Positions 10,036 to 17,481 of a DNA stretch of 64,000 nt are shown here, in pieces. The translations under genes were made by a program, and so were the position numbers. Source of the DNA: Flavobacteriaceae bacterium (GTDB lineage Bacteria; Bacteroidota; Bacteroidia; Flavobacteriales; Flavobacteriaceae); contig CANGUZ010000002.1 of the NCBI GenBank assembly GCA_947457255.1, positions 22,431 to 86,430 of the forward strand. Reading direction: 5' to 3'. Within the stretch, counting starts at the first letter, position 1. Every line of letters begins with the position of its first letter. The notes under the pieces are model-generated. The model was not told where the DNA came from. It did no database searches and saw only the letters and a list, made by a program, of their open reading frames with translations.

Positions 10036-11007
10036 CTAGAAACATGATTTATCTAAGTGCTTTTTTGTTCCAGTAGTTAACCCGCTACAATCTAAAATTA
10101 AATCATAGCTAGTTGGTATAACACCATTTATTTTTATTTCGTTTTTAGTTAAAACACCATCACCATCATCATCTATATCTAGATAGTCTGATCTTCCGTC
10201 TTTATCAGTATCTTGATTGGTAAAATTACCATTTTCATCAACAACATTTTCATCTTTTGAAAGTACTCCGTCTTGATCTTGATCAGCATGTTTTACATCA
10301 TATAATTTAAAAGTAAACACTAAAGGAGCGTAAGAAGGTATTCTAGAGCCCAATGGCGGACTATTGAAATACGCTAATCCTGAAGGCAAAAACATAACTC
10401 CTGCACCAAATTTCGTAAAAGAAGCGGGATCTGGACTTGGAGTTGCATCGTAAATTCCAGTCGTAAATTGAGGAAAAATCTCTCCCCAACCTCTAATGGT
10501 TCGGTCTAAACCTAACATTGATTGCGGAAATAAAACGGTTTCAAAAGGTGTTCCCACTGTAGTCGTTACAGATTCTTCGGTTTTACTACTCAAGTAAAAC
10601 CCACTGTAAGCTGCTAAAACCTCATCAACACGTATAGGCTTTTTCCCTAATTCGTTATCTGCTCTTAGTTTTAAATAATAGATTTTATAGGTAATGTCAT
10701 GAAGTAGTACGTCTTTCGTTAATAGTTTTGGGTAACTATCACTATTCAAAAAGTCAAAAATTGGTTTTTGTACTACTCCATCCGGAATTTTCGCGAAAGT
10801 AATATTTTCATCAGCAAAATCTGGATTGTTTACATCATTTACAATATAATACGATTTGAGATATTCTTCAATTGTAGCTATGTCAGTATCGTATTGAACA
10901 CTAAAAGCTCTTACCGGAACTGGTTCTGGAGTATCGTCGTTTTTGGTACAAGAAAAAAGCAAAGCAACGAAAGAAATTAAAACAAAATAAAACTTAAATT
11001 TGTTCAT
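10036..11007 (-). CDS. FKBP-type peptidyl-prolyl isomerase lipoprotein
   Basis: Lipobox LFSC; IRGW, FLPSGLAY, IPSYAPLVF; C-terminal DxDxDG repeats. Confidence 0.85.
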   Translation of the reverse strand: MNKFKFYFVLISFVALLFSCTKNDDTPEPVPVRAFSVQYDTDIATIEEYLKSYYIVNDVNNPDFADENITFAKIPDGVVQKPIFDFLNSDSYPKLLTKDVLLHDITYKIYYLKLRADNELGKKPIRVDEVLAAYSGFYLSSKTEESVTTTVGTPFETVLFPQSMLGLDRTIRGWGEIFPQFTTGIYDATPSPDPASFTKFGAGVMFLPSGLAYFNSPPLGSRIPSYAPLVFTFKLYDVKHADQDQDGVLSKDENVVDENGNFTNQDTDKDGRSDYLDIDDDGDGVLTKNEIKINGVIPTSYDLILDCSGLTTGTKKHLDKSCF

Positions 11008-11086
11008 TTATTAGATGATTTTTGTGGGCGCAAGATACAATTTTGATTTACTTTTGTGAATAATTTAACGCCGATTTTAGAAAAAT

Positions 11087-11467
11087 ATGAGAGTAGATAA
11101 GTTTTTATGGTGTGTACGGTATTACAAAACTAGAAATATGGTTACAGAAGCCTGTAAAAAAAATCATATTACAGTAAACGGACAACTTGCAAAACCATCC
11201 AAAGAAGTCTTTCCTTCTGATACTATTACTTTTAGAAAAGATCAAATCACTCAAATTATAACAGTGCTCGATATTCCTGAAAGTCGGGTTGGCGCAAAAT
11301 TAGTTGACATTTACAGAAAAAACGAAACTCCCGCCGAAGTATACCAACATTTAGAATTATTAAAATTGGCCAAAGAACATTACCGAAAAACAGGAGACGG
11401 GAGACCTACTAAAAAAGACAGAAGAGATCTTGACAATTTTGGAAATGAAGCTGAAAACGAGTCTTAA
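11087..11467 (+). CDS. hslR: S4-domain RNA-binding protein (Hsp15-like)
   Basis: MRVDKFLWCVR, GRPTKKDRR. Confidence 0.88.
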   Translation: MRVDKFLWCVRYYKTRNMVTEACKKNHITVNGQLAKPSKEVFPSDTITFRKDQITQIITVLDIPESRVGAKLVDIYRKNETPAEVYQHLELLKLAKEHYRKTGDGRPTKKDRRDLDNFGNEAENES

Positions 11468-11498
11468 AAATTATTTGAATTTTAAAAAATTACAAAAA

Positions 11499-11996
11499 AT
11501 GAGTCAAAATATTATCCTAAACAACCTTGAAATAGCCCATAAAATAAAGCGGATTGCCTATCAAATCTACGAAACTTTTGTAGATGAAGATACCATTGTG
11601 ATAGCTGGAATTACAAGAAACGGATATGTTTTTGCCGAAAAAATCGCATTGGCTTTAGAATCCATCTCAACACTAAAAATAATATTGTGCGAAGTTTATA
11701 TCGATAAACTAAATCCTACTGCTCCTATTACAACCTCTATACCAAAAGAAGCCTATCAAAATAAAGGACTTGTTCTTGTAGATGATGTTTTAAGCTCGGG
11801 AACTACACTCGTTTATGGCGTAAAACACTTTTTAGAAGTACCTCTTAAGAAATTTAAAACAGCCGTATTAGTCGATAGAAATCATAAAAAATATCCAGTT
11901 AAGGCCGATTTTAAAGGAATTTCATTGAGCACGTCGTTACAGGAACATGTTCAGGTTGTTTTCGAAAAGGACAACAATTATGCTTATTTAAATTAA
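11499..11996 (+). CDS. PyrR-like phosphoribosyltransferase
   Basis: RIAYQIYE, LVDDVLSSGTT, AVLVDR; likely start MSQN. Confidence 0.85.
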   Translation: MSQNIILNNLEIAHKIKRIAYQIYETFVDEDTIVIAGITRNGYVFAEKIALALESISTLKIILCEVYIDKLNPTAPITTSIPKEAYQNKGLVLVDDVLSSGTTLVYGVKHFLEVPLKKFKTAVLVDRNHKKYPVKADFKGISLSTSLQEHVQVVFEKDNNYAYLN

Positions 11997-12506
11997 GACC
12001 GCTTTTATTTCTGAAACTGTTTCCTCAGGCGATTTATTATCTGTTGTAAAAATATATTTCGCTTGATTGTAATAAAAACTGCGTTCAAAAAGATGCTTTG
12101 CAATAAACTCTTTCATTTCTTCTTCGTTTTTTGAAGCGATTAAAGGTCTATTGGCTTTTTGAAACTGCAATCTTCTGTATAAGTTTTCAATAGAAGCTTT
12201 CAAATAAATGGTCGTAATCGTTTCTGCTTGCAGCAATTCTAGATTATTAGCAAAACAAGGCGTGCCACCTCCTAGACTTATAATCAAATTTTGATTTAAT
12301 TGGAGCGTTTTCTTTAAAATCTCGTGTTCTTTTTTCCTAAAATAGACTTCTCCTTTTTGCTCAAAAATAGAAGAAACCGATGAATCTAGCTCTTTTTCAA
12401 TCAATTCATCCAAATCTAGATACTCAAAACCGATGCTTTTTGACAATAATTTTGCAATTGTAGACTTCCCGGAACCCATATAACCAATCAAAATTATTTT
12501 CTTCAT
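11988..12506 (-). CDS. aroK: Shikimate kinase
   Basis: GYMGSGKST, GEVYFR, SLGGG, RPL. Confidence 0.95.
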   Translation of the reverse strand: MKKIILIGYMGSGKSTIAKLLSKSIGFEYLDLDELIEKELDSSVSSIFEQKGEVYFRKKEHEILKKTLQLNQNLIISLGGGTPCFANNLELLQAETITTIYLKASIENLYRRLQFQKANRPLIASKNEEEMKEFIAKHLFERSFYYNQAKYIFTTDNKSPEETVSEIKAVLI

Positions 12507-12577
12507 AGCAATAAAACCTTATAAACAAAGACATTAACAATAAATAGTAAAAAAAGGCAAATTTAAAATAAAATAGC

Positions 12578-12609
12578 TTTGAAAAATAAATAATAACGCC
12601 TTATATTTG
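12578..12609 (+). promoter_or_regulatory. Bacteroidota housekeeping promoter of the tRNA cluster
   Basis: TTTG (-33), 20-nt spacer, TATATTTG (-7). Confidence 0.8.
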
Positions 12610-12633
12610 CACCCGCATTGAAGAAATGTTAAT

Positions 12634-12706
12634 GACTTGATAGCTCAGTTGGTAGAGCACATCACTTTTAATGATGGGGTCCTGGGTTCGAGCCCCAGTC
12701 AGGTCA
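12634..12706 (+). tRNA. tRNA-Lys(TTT) copy 1
   Basis: Cloverleaf; anticodon arm CATCA-CTTTTAA-TGATG; GGTTCGAGCC T-arm. Confidence 0.97.
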
Positions 12707-12709
12707 CAA

Positions 12710-12785
12710 TTTTAATGCCAGATGTCTTGGGCGAGAAGTTTATCCCGAGAGCGAAGAGAATCGGGAAGCCCCAGTCAGGTCACAA
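12710..12785 (+). pseudogene. tRNA-Lys 3'-half copy with 35-nt hairpin insertion in the T-loop
   Basis: TTTTAATG..GTCTTGGG + insert + AGCCCCAGTCAGGTCACAA, the last part identical to the tRNA-Lys 3' end and trailer. Confidence 0.8.
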
Positions 12786-12809
12786 ATTTTCACATAATCT
12801 TCATGCTAC

Positions 12810-12882
12810 GACTTGATAGCTCAGTTGGTAGAGCACATCACTTTTAATGATGGGGTCCTGGGTTCGAGCCCCAGTCAGGTCA
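12810..12882 (+). tRNA. tRNA-Lys(TTT) copy 2
   Basis: Identical 73-nt sequence to copy 1. Confidence 0.97.
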
Positions 12883-12883
12883 C

Positions 12884-12918
12884 AAAAAGTTGTTCGCCGG
12901 AGGCGGATGACTTTTTTT
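12884..12918 (+). terminator. Intrinsic terminator-like hairpin between tRNA-Lys and tRNA-Leu
   Basis: AAAAAGTTGTTCGCC-GGA-GGCGGATGACTTTTTTT. Confidence 0.75.
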
Positions 12919-12924
12919 GTTTTA

Positions 12925-13007
12925 GGCCACGTGGAGAAACGGTAGACTTGCCAGCTTGAGGGGCTGGTGCTCGCAAGGGCGTGTGGGTTCAAATCCCACC
13001 GTGGTCA
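12925..13007 (+). tRNA. tRNA-Leu(GAG)
   Basis: Anticodon arm CCAGC-TTGAGGG-GCTGG, long variable arm, GGGTTCAAATCCC. Confidence 0.95.
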
Positions 13008-13019
13008 CTTTTAGAACAA

Positions 13020-13062
13020 AAAAAATCCTAAATACTTAATTTGTAAGTAATTAGGATTTTTT
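13020..13062 (+). terminator. Long AT-rich hairpin after tRNA-Leu
   Basis: AAAAAATCCTAAATACTTA-ATTTG-TAAGTAATTAGGATTTTTT. Confidence 0.7.
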
Positions 13063-13175
13063 AATTTTAAATATGTAATGTTTTTGTTTTAGGTTTTTAA
13101 AAAGTAAAAACTAACTTTTTATTAAGACCTAAAACTCTCAATCTTGACAAAAGCTTTTATGTCATTCGGTTTTGT

Positions 13176-13427
13176 TTATTCAGATTTCAATACTTTTTTA
13201 ATTACGTTTGTTCCGTCTGTCCACAGTGAACAAACTTGAAATTCAGTATTAGAAGAATACTTTTTTGCTGTATCATCATCGAATGAATAACCGCGATAAT
13301 CAGTAAGATAATTAACGAGGTCTGAATCTTTCAAAGGAACTATGAATACATTTCCGATAGTATTTTCTGATACGGGAAATTGCTTTCCAAATTTTTTTCT
13401 AAATTCCATTGCCTCTTCGAAAGTCAT
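13176..13427 (-). CDS. Hypothetical protein, 83 aa
   Basis: ATG directly follows the stop of the upstream ORF. Confidence 0.65.
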   Translation of the reverse strand: MTFEEAMEFRKKFGKQFPVSENTIGNVFIVPLKDSDLVNYLTDYRGYSFDDDTAKKYSSNTEFQVCSLWTDGTNVIKKVLKSE

Positions 13428-13428
13428 A

Positions 13429-13887
13429 TTATTTTTTTAAAAATTTTGTAAGAAAGATTATTTGATACTTTTTTTCACTAAGTTTTAAAATTATAAGTTC
13501 TTTGTTATCTTCTTTTTTGTAGCTTTTAAAATTAATGGAATCATCTTTTGAACTTCCATCATAATTGTATCCATATTCTAATAATTCAGACTTAAAACTA
13601 TTTAAATCAAAGTCGCTTGAACAAATAATCTCTAATTTCCTTGCCATTCGGGTATTATTGTCAAATTGCGAATCACTCAAATTAATTAACAGAAAAGTTT
13701 CTTGCGTTGATTTTGGATGTAAATATTTATTTTCTCCAGCAACTAAAAATCCATGACCGTCAACTAACAATTCTTTTGAAGAAGCAAGTGAATAACTATT
13801 TAACTTTTCAAATAACTTAAAATTTAGTTCTTGACTAAATACATTACAGCTAATTAATAAAACTGTATATAAGAATAATTTTTTCAT
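13429..13887 (-). CDS. Hypothetical exported protein, 152 aa
   Basis: Signal peptide MKKLFLYTVLLISCNVFS-Q. Confidence 0.75.
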   Translation of the reverse strand: MKKLFLYTVLLISCNVFSQELNFKLFEKLNSYSLASSKELLVDGHGFLVAGENKYLHPKSTQETFLLINLSDSQFDNNTRMARKLEIICSSDFDLNSFKSELLEYGYNYDGSSKDDSINFKSYKKEDNKELIILKLSEKKYQIIFLTKFLKK

Positions 13888-13915
13888 AAGAAAGTATTTG
13901 GTTTTCTATAACCGA

Positions 13916-14052
13916 CATACAACGGTCGATGCTAAATCTCGTGGAAGCTTATGGAAATCTTTTTTTCCATTTCCTACCGAGCGAAGTTATGAAAAGTAAA
14001 CGAACAATTTACCGAAAACTAGCCGTAAGATTTAGCAAGTGTTGGTGGAAGT
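13916..14052 (-). repeat. attC-like recombination-site candidate
   Basis: Minus strand: CACCAAC-act-TGCTAAATCT ... AGATTTAGCA-tcgacc-GTTGTATG, starting right after the parE stop. Confidence 0.65.
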
Positions 14053-14054
14053 AT

Positions 14055-14354
14055 TTATTCCGATAATCGGTTTTCAATGTCCATTCTTTCGTGTAAAACT
14101 CTAACGACTTCAATTTCGTTCGTCTTGTCTTTTTTAAAGAAAATTAAATGTGATTTTACTTTTGAGTATCTATATGATTCTCTAATTTTCCCAAAGTCAC
14201 GAGCCATATCTAAATTATCGACGATATATTCAATTTCGTCAATTATTAAGTTATAATATCGATCTGCTTGTTCAACAGACCAATTTTCCGCCGTATAAAT
14301 CCAAATGTTATTAATATCTTCTAATGCCTTTTCACTAATTATATACTCGGGCAT
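14055..14354 (-). CDS. parE: ParE/RelE family toxin
   Basis: ISEKALEDINNIW, WSVEQADRY, HLIFF, VVRVLHERMD. Confidence 0.92.
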   Translation of the reverse strand: MPEYIISEKALEDINNIWIYTAENWSVEQADRYYNLIIDEIEYIVDNLDMARDFGKIRESYRYSKVKSHLIFFKKDKTNEIEVVRVLHERMDIENRLSE

Positions 14355-14599
14355 TATTTTTGAAAATTAGCTTTTAGCATTTCAAGATTTTTATTTCGGT
14401 CAAAATTTCTGATTTTACTACTTCTTTCACCAATTTTTAGTTCATTGATTAGCGATTTTGTTTTAGTTTCCTCTTGCTCAAAAACCCTTAATGCAGTTCT
14501 AACAACTTCACTTACTGAACTATATTTTCCTGTAGCAATTTGTTCATTAATAAAGTTTTCAAAATAGTCTCCTAATAATATTGATGTATTGCGTGCCAT
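14354..14599 (-). CDS. parD: ParD ribbon-helix-helix antitoxin
   Basis: NTSILLG, GKYSSVSEVVRTALR; stop overlaps the parE start. Confidence 0.92.
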   Translation of the reverse strand: MARNTSILLGDYFENFINEQIATGKYSSVSEVVRTALRVFEQEETKTKSLINELKIGERSSKIRNFDRNKNLEMLKANFQK

Positions 14600-14614
14600 A
14601 ATTTATCTTTTTAC

Positions 14615-14636
14615 CAAAGATACCAATACTTGGTAT
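14615..14636 (-). promoter_or_regulatory. parDE promoter with overlapping operator palindrome
   Basis: TATCTTTG -7 box overlapping ATACCAA-TAC-TTGGTAT. Confidence 0.7.
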
Positions 14637-15063
14637 TAAAGTCAAATTTTTTCGATTTTTTTTCGCAAAAGTTACTGCAAACAGGTTTGTAAGCCCTATT
14701 GAATCGGACCTATAACATTTTATTAGTGTGGATAAGTGTGAAACAAGTCCTGTAATTGTATTACTACAATACCCAAATCTAATAAATCCAAATGAATTAA
14801 AATTACTATTCCCGTAAATGTTAAAATTTTATTGCTTTTAACCTATACAAAAGAGAAACTCCCTTATTTGCAAGACCTTAAAATTCAATACTTGCACCCA
14901 ACGGGGTTTTATATTATTTAGTAATTGTTTATTCAACTTGCATTCCAAATTCCATAAAAAATGAAACAAAATTCACTGCCCCTATTTGGTTTAAATTATT
15001 TTATATAATCTATCGTTAAACAAAAAAAAAGAATTACTTTTGTTTAATAAATATTCAGAAAAG

Positions 15064-15960
15064 ATGAACAATGTAAAAAATGTCTTTAGCATTAAGGATT
15101 TAGAAAACCTTTCTGGTATTAAAGCGCATACTATTCGTATTTGGGAAAAGAGATACAATGTTCTAGAGCCCATGCGCACCGATACCAATATTAGATTCTA
15201 TGATTTAGCAGGTTTGCAAAAGCTATTAAATATAGTCTTGTTGCACAATCACGGCTACAAAATATCAAAAATATCAAAATACCCACAAGAGACTATACCT
15301 GCTCTAGTAAGGGAAATTATTTCTGAAAAAAGCGCAAAACATCATGCTATTAATGCGTTTAAAATGTCGATGATGAATTTTGATCAGGCATTATTTTTTA
15401 ATACTTACAATACTTTGCTTTCTAAAAAATCATTCCGTGAAGTGTTTTACGAAGTATTTATTCCGCTTATGAGTGAAATTGGATTATTGTGGCAATCGGA
15501 CACTATAACTCCTGCTCATGAACATTTCATCACCTATTTAATTAAACAAAAAGTATTAATAAACACAGAGAATTTGCAAACTACTGATCCGGTAAATACC
15601 GATAAAGTTTTTGTTTTATACCTACCATCAAACGAAATACACGAATTGGGATTGATGTATCTGAATTATGAAGTCAATTTTCACGGGTATAAGTCTATTT
15701 ATCTTGGTGAGAGTGTCCCAATTGAAAGCTTAAAAGACCTTAAAACGTATTTTGACAAAATTGTTTATGTTTCTTACTTAACTGTAGAGCCAAACAAAGA
15801 TGAAATCAATGACTATATAAATAAATTGAATTCAGAAATAATCGATGAAAATTCAGAGTTATGGTTATTAGGTAGAATGGTTGAATTTATTGACACTGAT
15901 AATTTAAAACACAACAATAAAATTCATCGCTCTATTTCTGAATTGGTAAATAATTTATAA
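15064..15960 (+). CDS. MerR-family, cobalamin-binding regulator (LitR/CarH-like)
   Basis: HTIRIWEKRY MerR HTH; W-x9-EH and EIHELG B12-binding motifs; precedes crt genes. Confidence 0.88.
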   Translation: MNNVKNVFSIKDLENLSGIKAHTIRIWEKRYNVLEPMRTDTNIRFYDLAGLQKLLNIVLLHNHGYKISKISKYPQETIPALVREIISEKSAKHHAINAFKMSMMNFDQALFFNTYNTLLSKKSFREVFYEVFIPLMSEIGLLWQSDTITPAHEHFITYLIKQKVLINTENLQTTDPVNTDKVFVLYLPSNEIHELGLMYLNYEVNFHGYKSIYLGESVPIESLKDLKTYFDKIVYVSYLTVEPNKDEINDYINKLNSEIIDENSELWLLGRMVEFIDTDNLKHNNKIHRSISELVNNL

Positions 15961-16016
15961 AATTGACTTCAAAAAACTATTATTTTTTTAGCTTTTAATT
16001 ACCTTTGTTAGACAAT

Positions 16017-17477
16017 ATGAAAAAAGATATAAAAGTAATTGGTTCTGGTTTTTCAGCACTTTCTGCTGCTTGTTACCTAGCAAAAAAAGGACATCGAGTA
16101 ACAGTTTACGAAAAAAATGATTCCATCGGTGGTAGAGCGCGCCAACTCAAACGAGATGGTTTCACTTTTGATATGGGTCCGAGCTGGTATTGGATGCCTG
16201 ATGTATTCGAACGATTTTTTGGAGATTTTGACAAAAAAACTTCCGACTATTACCAACTCATAAAACTGTCGCCTGCCTACAGAGTATATTACGGAATAAA
16301 TGACTTTATAGCCATAGCCGATAATTTGCCAGAAATTGTAACTACTTTCGAAACTATTGAAAAAGGCAGTGGTAAAATTCTGGAAGAATTCATGAATGAA
16401 GCCAAAAGCAATTATGATATTGCGATAAAGGATTTGGTATACAGGCCTGGTGTTTCTCCGTTAGAATTAATTACCCTAGAAACTGCCAAGAAAGTAAATC
16501 AGTTTTTTAGCAACATTAGTAGAGACATTCGCAAAAAATTCAAAAACATTCGATTAATACAAATTTTAGAATTTCCGGTTTTATTTCTAGGAGCTAAACC
16601 TTCAGACACACCTTCTTTCTATAGCTTTATGAATTTTGCTGATTTCGGTCTAGGAACTTGGCATCCCAAAACAGGCATGTATGATGTAGTATCAGCCATG
16701 GAAAAATTGGCTATAGAACTGGGCGTAACTTTTCAAGTAAATGCAACTATAGAAAAAATAATTGTTGAAAATAAAAAAGCAGTCGCATTAGTGGTTAATG
16801 GAGAAACGCTGAAAGCAGATGTCATTTTAAGCGGCGCCGATTACCATCACACTGAAACTTTATTAGACGAAGAACACCGAGCGTACTCCGAAAAATATTG
16901 GGAGAGTAGAGTTTTTGCTCCTTCCTCATTATTATTCTATGTAGGTTTCGATAAAAAAATAGAAAACATTTCTCATCATGCTTTATTTTTTGATGTCGAT
17001 TTTAATCAACATGCCATAGATATTTACGATAAACCTCAATGGCCTATAGAACCATTATTTTACGCTAATTTCCCATCAATAACCGATGAAACAGCCGCTC
17101 CAAAAGGAATGGAATCGGGGTTTTTTCTAATACCATTAGCCCCAGGAATAGTAGACTCTGAAGAGTTGCGCGAAGTTTATTTTGAAAAAATTATTGACCG
17201 TTTTGAAAAATTAACACAGCAAAATGTAAAAAATAATATTATCTTTAAACAGTCATTTTGTAAAAATGATTTTGTTTCGGAATACAACTCTTATAAAGGA
17301 AATGCCTACGGAATGGCAAATACACTATTGCAAACTGCTTTTTTAAGACCTAAATTAAAAAGCAAAAAAGTTAGTAATTTGTACTTTACTGGACAGCTTA
17401 CAGTTCCTGGGCCAGGTGTTCCTCCAGCATTAATTTCGGGAAAATTAGTAGCCGAATTAATAGAAAAAAATATTTAG
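16017..17477 (+). CDS. crtI: Phytoene desaturase
   Basis: IGSGFS, GGRAR, FDMGPSWY, GQLTVPGPGVP. Confidence 0.95.
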   Translation: MKKDIKVIGSGFSALSAACYLAKKGHRVTVYEKNDSIGGRARQLKRDGFTFDMGPSWYWMPDVFERFFGDFDKKTSDYYQLIKLSPAYRVYYGINDFIAIADNLPEIVTTFETIEKGSGKILEEFMNEAKSNYDIAIKDLVYRPGVSPLELITLETAKKVNQFFSNISRDIRKKFKNIRLIQILEFPVLFLGAKPSDTPSFYSFMNFADFGLGTWHPKTGMYDVVSAMEKLAIELGVTFQVNATIEKIIVENKKAVALVVNGETLKADVILSGADYHHTETLLDEEHRAYSEKYWESRVFAPSSLLFYVGFDKKIENISHHALFFDVDFNQHAIDIYDKPQWPIEPLFYANFPSITDETAAPKGMESGFFLIPLAPGIVDSEELREVYFEKIIDRFEKLTQQNVKNNIIFKQSFCKNDFVSEYNSYKGNAYGMANTLLQTAFLRPKLKSKKVSNLYFTGQLTVPGPGVPPALISGKLVAELIEKNI

Positions 17478-17481
17478 TACT

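Larger units (their letters stand above)
13124..14894 (-). mobile_element. Small tRNA-adjacent accessory island with cassette-like organisation, no integrase in window
   Basis: TA module plus two unknown ORFs, all co-oriented, separated by an attC-like palindrome; boundaries approximate. Confidence 0.6.

Noticed and set aside
12634-12885. Three copies of AGCCCCAGTCAGGTCACAA as a possible CRISPR array
   Set aside because: They are tRNA 3' ends with irregular spacing and there are no cas genes
12801-12992. 63-aa minus-strand ORF
   Set aside because: It is the antisense of tRNA-Lys and tRNA-Leu
14727-14735. Perfect DnaA box (TTATCCACA, minus strand) as a sign of an origin
   Set aside because: Single copy with no box cluster or origin-type gene context; better read as chance or as part of the putative att site
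14600-15060. Search for an integrase remnant or a duplicated tRNA-Leu 3' end closing the island
   Set aside because: No copy of CCCACCGTGGTCA and no recognisable recombinase fragment found by eye
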